The translations under genes and the position numbers were made by a program. 64,000 bases of DNA from a virus, in IMG/VR virus record IMGVR_UViG_3300043466_001759, positions 8,859-72,858 of that record; one strand, written 5' to 3'. The notes under the pieces are model-generated. The model made no database searches, was not told where the DNA came from, and saw only the letters and a list, made by a program, of their open reading frames with translations. The number at the start of each line of letters is the position of its first letter. Position 1 is the first letter of the stretch. Shown one piece after another: positions 16,642 through 28,600 of this stretch.

Positions 16642-19600
16642 TTAATTGGTAAATACTTTTCTTAACTGACGGAGCCTGAGACTCAGCCCTTCCTTGTAGA
16701 CTACGACGCCTTTCTTCGTCTCCTTAGCCGATCCATAGTTATCTTCCCAGTGCTCTATCAACAGCCTCCTGGCTTCAGTCATGCTGATGCCAGATTTCTT
16801 GAGAGTTTTCATGTATTCATCTCGAGAAGTGACAGCGTCTTTGTAAGCCTGATCGCTCTTGTAGTTTTTGCGGGATGGATTAGCAGATGCCGCATAGACT
16901 AGACTCTGTTTCTTTTTCTGCTGAGCGTCCCTCGCTTGCTTCTTTTGAGATCCGCTTAGGCTATCGCTGTACGCAAGATCCTTGTCATCCCATTTCATGC
17001 CTCTCAAGTCTTTATCAAATAGCTCCTTCTTTTCCTCGTCGCTTGCTCCTGAATACTCAGTGCGAGGACCATAGGTAGAAACCGACACTCCAAAGAACGC
17101 CTCGAGAGACGCTAACGTACCGCTAACGACTCCAAGCTCTTTCTCGGCTGCAGCTATTTCCTTCCATGTTAAAGGTGTGAGACGAGATCCGATTATGTGC
17201 TTAGGCACTGCCAACGGATCTCCCTCTTTTGCTATGTTCCTGCCTACGGCATCTTTTCCAGAGACCCACTCTAATATCGATGCTGGACCTGTACCTAGCT
17301 TGTACCTAGCGAAATTAATAAGGAAGTCCGCTCCGGTCTTTCCACCGTATTGAACATCTTCACCGTAAATCGATTTGATCTCGCCACTGCTGGTCTTTAT
17401 TGTTCCAGTTAGTAACCTCGAAGCTAAAACAACAGCTGGCATTAAACCACCATCATCTTTGAATCGCGTCTCTCCAACCTTCATAACCCAGGCATCACTA
17501 GATCTTGGATCCCATTCAATGGTGGGCTCCTTCTCTTCGTCGTCCCCAGCGAGTAGTGAGTAGGCAAAGTAACCCATGGCCATTTTCGTAGCGTGCCCCA
17601 TGAGAGTTTGAATGTACAGCTTTGCCAGCGACACTCTCATTCCACGGTCGGCATTCCATTGACCTATCCATGAGGGGGTAGCCAACTGGAGCGGCAAAAT
17701 GAAGTCGGCTTGAATTCTGGACCACGTCCATCGTCTTGCCAAGAAAAAGAAATCTAGCCACGGACTTCCACCTCTAAGGCCAGTCCCTCGACCGCTAAAG
17801 ATGTTTGTTATTCTGCCAGCCTCTTTGATGTCGCTATCAGTCCACTCCATATTTGTGCCGAAAAACTCTCGAGCTGCCAGTGTGTCTCGCTTCTGAATAT
17901 CGTACAGATCAGCCTTCATGATATTCGCGAAGGTCCGGTTCCCTCGCTCGAAAGCTCCGTACGCACCAACCCAAGCGCGAAACGGAAGCAACCACGGAGT
18001 CTTGGTGTTCTCGAGCCATCGGATAACGGCCGACTGGTACATCTCTTCCAGCTGAGCTCTTGGCCCATCTTTCTTAGTGAACTCAACCTCTGCCTGCAGA
18101 TACTCCTTCGCATTTGGACGGCTCTCCAGGCTTTCCACCGAAGCCAGAGCCAGCCGCTGACTCCACACTGCCGGTATCGCCTCGACTGCCGCCATGAACG
18201 CTCTGACTGGATGCGATCGCGAATAGAAAAAGCCCTGCCTCAGAAAGAACGACAACTCCATGCCAAGCATCAGAGTCTTGGGTATTAAAGAGGTTGCTTC
18301 CAGCAATCCGTATTGCATCCACTGACCAGCATTCCAGGTTGCTCGTTTCGCCTTTTCGATCTCATACATCGCCTCATACTTTATCTTTTCGATCTCGAGG
18401 TTCTTGTCGAGGATGTCCTCTTCTGTGATCGTCCGCTTATTGCGTGGAACTGGAAGTATCCCTGACTTTGCTTCGTCACGTCGCTTCTCCCAGAACGCCA
18501 GACGCCTCTCCTGGCCTTTTCGGTATCGCTCCCAGTACTTCGCTTCTTCACGAGCTTGGTAGACAGGGCTCGCCTTCCTGGCTTCATCACGTACCTTCCT
18601 GAGATCAGCCAGCTGGGCCCGTAATGACTCAAGAACGCTAGAAGTAGGAACCTTGCCCTTTACCGCAGGAGCCCACGTTCCATCAGTCAGTGACTTCGTG
18701 TCAGCTTTTATATCATCGATTTGAGATTGCAGCATTCGCTCTGCCATGGCCAGCCGCTGCTCCTCAGTCATCGGCTTTCGACCACCCTGTGCAGGTATTG
18801 CTCCACCGTCATCATCGTAGCGACCCTGCTCAGCCTCAGCTGCTGCTTGCCTTGCCGCTCTTAGACGATCCTGCCACATCTTGAGCTGCGACTGGACCTC
18901 AGCAGCAACTAGGCTAGGCTTCTTGGTTGAGTCGACCTCCTTGCCATCCTTTACTTGCTGAAGCTTTTCTTTTAGTTTCTCGATAGCCTTAAGAGCTCGT
19001 TGTGTCTGCTGCTCAGCTGAAAGCATCCTCTGCTTCTTGGACCTCGGGAATATTTTTTCGTACTCAGTCTTCAAGTCGTCGCGTTGCTTCCTCTTCGCCT
19101 CGAGCTGGCTCCTTATTGAAGCTAACTCTGCGTCTGGCTTCAATGGAGTGCGATCGTTAACCGACCTTGCCAGCACAGTACGACTCTCGATAGCTTCTTC
19201 CAGTGCCTCAATGTCTTTGCTTAACATCTCGAGCCTGTTCTTGCCAGCAGTCTTGGCTGTGCTCAGCGCAGACTTGAGTTGGCCCTCACGAGACTCCGTT
19301 GAAACCGGAAGCTCTTTTTTGAGCTTATTGAACTCAGCAATCAGATCTCGCTCGATGCTATCTGGAGTAGGCTGTTCTCGTCCTGTTGATTTCGGTAGCA
19401 AGTTCTGGTCTCGAAGTCGACGAGCAACCTCTTCTGGACTTACACCATTCTTAAGCCACTCTTCACTTTGAGCGATGGCCTTAATGGTGTCCTCGATCTT
19501 TAAGGACTGACGAGTCTTTCCTCGAATAGCTCGAGTCTTTACTGCAATCTCCTCTTTGTTCAGTGGACGCCATGAACCGTAGTCAGACATGGCCTGCATA

Positions 19601-22600
19601 GTGTCGTATTCTGAAATACCAGGAACTTCGATCGACAACTGCGCATGAACAACATCGACAACTTCCCTCCAAGTTTCATTGGTCGCTCCATAACCGGCCT
19701 CAATCGCTAGGGTCATCAACTCTTTCGCCCTCGCTCCAATAGCAGACGGCTCAGGATCATCCCCGATCGGAGACTCTACCTTCTTCTTGCTATTGCTCTC
19801 CGCCCAGGCGTCTTTGATTACTGACATCTGTTCAAGAGTCACGTTTGGCATGTTGGCTTTAACTTGCGACTCCAACTCTAGGACAGAGCTAACTCCCATC
19901 TCTCGCAGAGCGTTAACAATACTGTCAGCTGCTGACTTAATGTCAGTGCCTTGCCGCGACGGAGAGTAACGAATGTCAGGATTCGTCTTATCAAAATCGC
20001 CTGTGTTAGAAGTGGCAGACTTCACCTGGGATGATTCAACAACAAACCAGGACTCTCCCGATCCATCGTTTTCTTCATATACCTTCACTCCATCGTAGCC
20101 ACGCTCTTTCATTCTTTCGACAACCTTAGGATTGTCCAACGCATGCCAGTCTATCATGCCGTCGATGAATATCTCGTTGATCCAGTCCCCATCGCTGTCC
20201 ACCTCGGTGTTCGAAACACCACCTCCAGTGTCTATCCACCGCTTGCCACCTTCTTCGTAGATCATTGGCTCTAAGATGTACTCAGCATCTTCAAAAGCCT
20301 TTGCAGAAGCAGCCTTAACTTCTTCACTCGATCGACTACTGATACCGATCACCTTTGGATCCATCAGCCTGTTTTGAACAGAAAGATAGACTGGCAAGAC
20401 ATTCTTTCCGTACTGCCTAGCATCGTCTTCGCTAGGGCTAAAGAAAAACCCGCTAGTCTCTACATCAAACGACGAGAGCATTACTGATCGTTGCGATGTC
20501 CTGCCTGACTCAAACACAGAGAACTTTTCGTTGGTTCCGTGATACACAACTAGAGGGTTACCATCCTCATCGACAACCTTGCTGTCACCGAACCACTTCT
20601 TAAAGGCAGCTGTGTCGATCTGTGATCCGCCAGCACCTCCCTGCGCGTCCTCCCAAGCTTTAATAGCGTACTCGAGAGGATCCAGTATGACCTTTGACGC
20701 ATCAAGTAAGTTCGTGACCTCAGACCCGATGTCAGGATTGCTAGAGACATACTTCGGAAGATACTTAACAAAGGAGTTGGCAAGAGCCTTGTAATCCGAT
20801 GGATCGCTAAATCGGTCCTCATCGAACTCGACTCCTGACTCACTGGCTATTTGCTCGAGCATCATGCGAGTGCCTCGAGACCTGTCTCTGAATAGTGCTT
20901 GGACTCCTTCGGCCCAATTCCTTTCTTGCAAGTCAGATTGGACAGTCCACTTGCTAAACATCCTCATGAGCTTACTGTCTGCCTTGAACGGATTCTCGTC
21001 TCCGAACACAGTCCCTAGAACAGCTATGTCTTCATCACTCAGTTTAGACTCAGGAATGGCTTTCATTATCAGCGGCATATACGCTCGCAACCACTCGTCT
21101 CGAGACACAGTAGATGGGTCTGGAAGCGTGTCGGTGCCAAATCCAAAACCGTTCACATTGGTGATCGCACTGCGACTAACAGCTGCGCGACCAGATGATC
21201 CGCCGCCCCATGCGTTTTGAAATGCTGCAAAACCATCCGCAACCTTTTTCATAAGCGTAGCTCGCTTAGTACCGATCTTCTCTCGAGGAGGATCTGTCTT
21301 TGGTACTGACGCCGCTTCAGCTTTCTTTCTTGCGATTGCTTCCTTGGCAAGTTTTTCCGCAAGGGCAGCTGTTTCCGCTTCTAGCTTATCTATACGCTCA
21401 GCCATCTCGGCGTACTTAGCGATCTGCTCTGGGCTCGGGTCAGCTTCAACGTGGCTTGTGTGCTGTCTGGTTAACCCTTCCACTGAGAAGTCAGACGCCA
21501 ACTCGGCCTGAGCGGCATGCCCTGCGTAGCCCCATTCCGAATGCCCTCTCTGAACAGTCCTGTTGAGATCTAGCCATTCCTTCCTGTCGCTTCCAGAGAT
21601 GTCTCCTTCATTCTTGAGCTCTCTAATACGAGCGTTAAGTATCGCATCTTCCATGTCCGTCAACGGTCTAGGCTTAGCGTTCATCTCTGAGATGATCTCG
21701 TACGGACGGCCTGGATTAGCTGCGAGTTCTGCAATCGCTTTCTTTTGCCTGTCCTTGACCTTTCTTGGACCAAACCATTCTCTAGGAGAGTCACCTACAG
21801 ATTTTCTCTGTCCTTCAGTCCTGGCGTACTTTGTTCCAGTAGTTTCCGGTAGTGAACTCTGCCCAGGCTTCGCTAACCCTCGTTCCTCCATAGCTTTCAT
21901 AAGCTTGGCGAACATCTCGTCTTGTCGGCTTGGAGAATAACGGATATCTGGATCAAACTTGTCGAACGTGCCTCGATTGCCAGTCGCTGACTTGATCTGC
22001 GAAGAATCAAAAGCAACAACTTCCGCGAATGGCAAGTCTGACTGATTGACTATCACCCCATCGTAACCAGCTTCTTTAAGCCTCTTGGTTATCTCGATCG
22101 ACTTCTCTGGGTCCAGGTGTGACGTCGGATCACCATCGTACACATCGTTAAATACCTTAGCTACTTTTGCGTCAACATAGTCCAGCTTGCCGCCAGACAT
22201 AGACAGAGCGTCTGCAGTGTTGTCTCGATAGGTGTCATTGATGATCGCAGGGTTCTTAATGTCAACATAGACCTCCAGAATGCGAGATCCATCACCCCTG
22301 CCCGCGTACCTACCAGCACCTTCGCTGTCTGTTGTAAAGTAATACCCCTTTCCGTAGTAACCTCCGTCAGTAGACGTTTTCGCCTTTCCTTCGAAAACGT
22401 TGAAGTCCCTCTTAGTTCCGTGATACAAAGAAAGAGGCTGTCCGTTCCAAACAATCTTAGAGGAGTTCTCAGGATCATTCTCCCAATCTCCGAACCATTT
22501 CTTAAAAGCTGGAGAGTCGACCTGACGACTCGGAGAATAGCGAATCGACTCTCCTTTTGTTCCTTTGGGAGAGATCCGAACACCGTTCTTCTCAAGCTCG

Positions 22601-25600
22601 GCGCGGAGTTGAGGCGTTACCGTGTTCTCTGGTATAGATAGCCTGCTGGGATTGACAATATCTGCAATCTTTTTAGCAACTTCAGCATCAGGCACAATGC
22701 GTTTGATTCGCAGATATCTTGAAAGAACCACTTCCCTGCCTCCAGGGAGCTTAGATGCAACAACGCCAGCTGTCCATTTGTTTGACCCGACCTTCTTACT
22801 AGACCCTTCTGCCTGATACCCACTGGTCATCTCACTTGCCGGAACTTCGACTTCAACAATGACCATCTTCGGTCGCTTGACCCCATCGTTGTACCAGGAA
22901 GCCGTAAACTGATCGTTAAGAGGTATCGGAGAAGCATGGAAGTACGGAGCATATGCTGCCCAGGTTGTTCCCTTTGGTTTCTTCAATGGGAATTTGCCAG
23001 CATACTTGCCAGTCTTAGGGACCAAGTCAGGCCTCTCCTCAGCAACCATCCACTTGCCTACAGGCTCAGGCTTCCTTAAAGACAGCTTCTTACCGTCGTT
23101 GATCTTCGAGGACATTGGCGGGTATAGATTCCCGTCAATCATTGTCATAGCGCGATACAACGTCACCGTCTCGCCTTTATCTAGCTCCTTAGCTAATTCA
23201 GGCCGTGCGATTGCGTACCGAAGACCGGAGTTAAGATCTCGACTGTCCAGTGCTGTCGCGTTTTCAATCGCGGCCGATCGCTGCGACCTGACTGCTTCGT
23301 CGATGTCGTCGAAAGCTTTACCTTCGCCGCTATTGTGACGATAGATGTCGGTTCGCTGAGGATCGTAGGCCATGAAGACCACGTCTGGCTCGCCGTTGTT
23401 GAAGTCTGAGTACTCCTCCTTGCTCCAGCCACTCGGTGCAAACTCATCGCTCCACTTGGCACGAGAGATCACTCGGAACCCATTGGCACTGTAAAGAACA
23501 GGAAGGAACGTATCGAAGGCGTCCAGAGTGTTACCGCCCTCTTCCACAGCAAGACGCATCATCGAATAACTAACGCCACGATGTGCGTTATTGGCCGTGT
23601 TGAAAACTGACACAATGTCAACCACACCGGCCTCTCCAGAGTCCTTCAAGGCGAAACCTGCCTTGCCATCTTCCGTCAAGAATAGCCGCATATCACGGTA
23701 GTCTTGCTCCGGATAAACATAGACAGATGCACCGAGCTTACCCTGGCTTTCACGCGCCGCATTTATAGCCGCCGTAAACTGTGACGCAGACTTCTCTGAC
23801 TTCTGTAGCTCTACGAAACTGGGAGCGGCAACCCCAACATCAGCCCACTCGGCAGCATCAGCCTCGTAGGTCGCAACTACGCCATATCCGCCCAGCGTTC
23901 GGCTTTCTTCTGATCTACTCCAAGCTCTTCCATTAGATCCAACACGGCTCCGGATGGTGGCTGTTGCTTCCCTGCCGCTTCTTTTTGCAACTGCAGCTCT
24001 TTCTCTAGTTTTTCTGGACCTGTCTTCTGACCCGTCTTTTTCTGTGGTTCCATCAGTACTCTCCCTATCTGTTGTTTCTGAATAATCTGCCGCACGACCT
24101 TCCGTCCAGGTCCACTCTGGCATCAAGCCAGTCTTCTGATCAGCAAAGGTCGTGTCCTCTACTTTTGCAGTACGATTCTTGTCTCCGTGCGGACCATAGT
24201 TCAACCACGAGTTTTGACCTCGGGTCTCGCTCGTGATCGCACCAACAGCATCACCCGTAAACAGCCTTACGTGAGCCTGCCAAGCGTTCTCTTCGCCTCG
24301 AGCTCTAAACCCAGCCCCTTCTAGACTATGGCCAAATGCGTCGTGAACGGCTCGGAACAAGTCGTTCGCCGTAACTGGTTTCATTTGCCCGTCCAAACCA
24401 CCGGAAGGCCATTTGATACCAGTATCTTCTAGCAACGGGTTGTCGTTGACATCAAGATCGCTGGTTCCAAATCCGTCCGATGTCGGGAATACGCCCATCT
24501 GCTTGTTTTGTCGCAGATCTCGCAAAGCGTTATACGGGCTTGACGCGTACTCAGCATTACTTGGCACATTCAAGTCCATAAACCAGAACTTGTACCCAGC
24601 GTCTTCCAGAGCCTTGTACTGAGCAGTGGTCTGCCTAATCAGCTCTTTGTACGCGGCCTTAACCTTTGGATCCTGGGGAGCATGAGCCATTTGCTCGTAA
24701 GCATCGGCTATCCTCTTAGCTCTCTCAGGATCTACCTGAACGTACTCTGCTTGTCGCTTTAGGTCGATTCCGTTTTCTTTTGCGTATCGCTCGGCGACTG
24801 CAACGACCTCGGGGTCCGGCCCGTTAATGCCCGGGACCGATGGCGAGCCTGCAAGAGGCGAATTCTTCCTAAGGTCTTTTCGTCCTCTTCCGTCTCCGGC
24901 CGATTCGGGTCGTTGTCGCCCCACTCCTGCTCTGGTGCCATCTGCACCGGATCCGGCATATTCTCCGCCATCCAACTCTCTACCGCTGCCAGCGTCCTCT
25001 CCTGATTGAACAGTCGATTGTGCTCGTCCTGTTGCTTCTGGAGAGACTCGCTGTCCGGAAGAAATCGACTCTCGTCGACCATCTCGCTTCGACGCTCTGT
25101 GTTCTTGGCTGACCTTTTTTGCTGCTTGTTCATAATCTAGTTTTTCAATCTCCTTAGATAAACCGAGTTTTCCCCACAACTCTTTCTCATAGTACCACAT
25201 CAAAGCCTGGAAGTCAGCTTTAGTAATGTCCTTTCCGATAACTTCCTTTACTTGCTTAATCGCCAGCTCAGCTACCTCCCTCTGAACCTCCCTGTCTTTT
25301 CCTGACTTTGCTATTTCGTACAACCCATAGGCGTTCACGACTACGTTTTTCGCGGCTTTGAATTCAGTAGTATTAACTTCAGTTCGCCTCGCTATGGCGT
25401 CTCGAGCCATTCCAGCTATCGACTCGCTGCTGACTTTCCCGGCTACCTTCGAGTTTCCTATCTTTTCTGACAGTTGACCATAAAACTTCTTTTCGTTGGC
25501 ATTTAGTTTAGACGGATCAACTGGAGCGAATTGCTGTATCGAGCCGTTTTCAATAGATCCAAGTTCATCGGCTTTTTTGATTGCCGACACGTAAGAACTT

Positions 25601-28600
25601 ATGGCTGTGCTTGTGAACACTGAAGCGTTGTGCGACTTGAGCATTCTTGCGTACCTGAGTGCTGCGCGGTCATTCCTCGCAACATCTTCGCGACTCATAC
25701 CAAACTTCTTCAAGTACTTGTCTGATAGATTTTTACGAAGCCCGTTATCTATGGACTTTTGAGCGTTCTCAACATTTACTGATTCAAGCTTGCCTCTTAA
25801 CCTTCCAATTGTCCTGGACCACCACAAGTCCATAGTGATAGTGTCAAATCTATAATTCAGGTTGTTGTAGAAGCTTCCTATTTTGGCTCCGAAAATCATG
25901 GATCCATAAACTCTAGCTGTAACCAGCTCGCCACCAACCTTGAATGATTCCTTAGAAATGCTAATGCTTGGATCAATGCCATCTTCTACTGTAAATCCAT
26001 GTTTAGAAAGCTGAGCTGCTGTCAATGGAGTGGCTAGAAAAGCCTCTACCCTCTCCCATCCAAACTTCTTAACAAGCTTGTCCATAGTGTCTAGGCTAGA
26101 CTCAACACCAGACCTATGCCCCCACCCTGACAACGTCCCTGTTTTCTTCCATCGCTCGTATATTTCCACCGCCATGCGGAAGTTCGGCAGAACATCTTGG
26201 CCGTCGCTACTGATAGCAAGCGCAGCCTTGAACATCATCTGATGTTTACCGGGAGCGACGATCTCTGGGAATATGTCCGCCATGTGATCCAGAGCGCCGG
26301 TGACCTTTTCATTATACCAACCGATAGCCCCCTCAGCCCAGTCCATTTTGAGCGCGTGCAAAGCCTCCTTGGCTAGCTGGTTTGCCATCCTTGCTTTTGC
26401 AGACTTGGAATGCTTAGAGTTGGGCGAAAGGGAATGACCAGAAGCCTTCTTGTAAAGCGATTGCAGCCACTGAGCCACATCCCACTTAGTTCTCTTAAGA
26501 TTGTTCTTCTGTGAATCGCTCCTGGCTTCTAGATCCTGGGGAATTAACGAAGTATCTATTCCGTTGGAAATGATATCCTCTGTTAAAAGCCACGGCTTAT
26601 TCTTTTCTACTCTTAAGCCATAAACAGCCATGTCTGGATCAACCCCAGCAAGCTTTGCTTCTCGTGCTATCGCTTGCTTTCGCTTTTTATCCCAAGACCT
26701 GAGACGATCCAAACCCTCTGGAGTTAGCTTGCTTCCAACAACAAGCCCATTGCTCTTAAGGTTCTTAATTCGAGAAGGAGTGATGTCTGACTTAACAAAG
26801 TCACGCTTCGAATGCTTGTTTGCAATTGCGATTAAAGCATCGTGCTCGTCTGGAGTTGCTGATCTAGCTGACTCTCTGATTTCTGCAACCCTGCTTGCCT
26901 CGCTGTCTTGATTTTCACTGCTTCTTGCAGGCGATGCTCTCCCACCTGAAGAAGGCGATATGCCATTACTTTCCATCGCAGACTCAATAGCCAATCGAAC
27001 TTGACCAGCTAGCGTGTCTGGCTCAGCGAACCGCAATGCCTTACGCAACCACCTACCGATCTTAGCAAGCAACCCCGGCTTGCTATTGCCTAACTCGTTC
27101 CAGAAATCGAAATCGCCAGCTCTGTCTTCAAGATAACGCGACAGCGATTCTTCTTGCCGAATGTCCTCGTTAGAGTTGAACTCGTTAATGAAATCGGAAA
27201 GGTCTTTTGTTTTTTGACTGAGATCACCCTTTTCTTTGAGCGATCCGTCCTTGTTGAATATGTCGTACTTAAGACCAGCTTTTAAGGCAGCTTTAAGAAG
27301 ATCTTGCCCAGAAACATCCTTGTCGACATCGACGGCCTTGCCAGACCTTTTAATGTCCGCCCTAACACTCGATAGCAATTCTCTATCGAAATCGCCAATG
27401 TAGTCTTCACCAGCCTTCTTTAATCCGTCTTGTTCTTTGCTAGATTCGTGTTTCGAAACCCAGTTGTAAAGCTGATTCCAAGCCTCTGGGTTTCCTACTT
27501 TCATTGCGTGAAATGCCTCGTGCGCAAAAAGGCCCCAGGTCATCCACTTTGAATTCTCACCCCTCTCCCTATTCATATTGGTTACGTAGTTGCGATTGAT
27601 CCAAATCGTCATGGTACTTGGCCGGAAAAGTCCAGGAAGACTCAGATCTCTTCCGTTGACAAATCGCATGCTAACGCCCATCTTGTCAAGGATCTTCACC
27701 TGCTGCTTTTCGTCGTCCGAGAGTTCTTCCGATGAGACTAGCGTTACATTCCCGAGCTGTTTAGGAACATCCTCCTTTGCAGCCTGTCTATTGCGACTAG
27801 ACGCTGCCTTCTTCGGTTTAGTCTTAGACTTCCTGGCAGGAGATATGGCGACAATGGCATCCACAAGACCTGGATTGTTGACCAGGTCATTAACAGTTAC
27901 TTCTGTACCTAGACTTTCAGTCAGACTCTTGGCAATTGCCTCTCGTTGACCAGGGCTTAACTCATTGAGGTACTTCTCCGCCACAGCCTTCTTTCTGGAT
28001 TCTTCTTTAGGCTTGCTTGCCTCATTAGAATCTCTCTTGGGCCTAGCTGGAGGCTTAGGTGCTTCTTTTTGTTTTGATGAAGAAGAGTCAGACGACGGAG
28101 TCCCCGCCGTCGCCTGACCTTCAGGTTTCTCAGGGCTTACTTGCCCTTCGGCTTTGGTTTGGGCATTGGTTTGCCCTTCCCTCCGCTCTTCGGTTTGCAC
28201 TTCACTAGGATCACCTCCTCTCTTGGTCTGTGGAGCATCTTTATCCTCCTGGTTGCGAACAGGTTCCACTGACACTGCGTCAGAAGACTTGGCTTCAACT
28301 TGAGCAGGGGATTTGTCGCCACTGCTTGTGCGTTGTTTCAATGGTGGCGGTGTAGCTGACTTTGGAAGTAGAGGTGGTGTCGATCCAGTCTTAGATGGTG
28401 GCGGCACGCTCTCGCTAGACTTTGCGTTAAGCTTGTTTTCGCGTCCCATGCTTTTCTTGGATTCCTTCGGCGCTGACGTCGTGTCAGTTGACTTCTTGTC
28501 GCTTGGCTTAGCCTGACTGAAATTCAGAGCCTCTTCCAGCACGCCACGAATCTGAGCTGTCCTCTCCTTGTCCTCGACAAAACTGCCGTTCTGCATCTTT

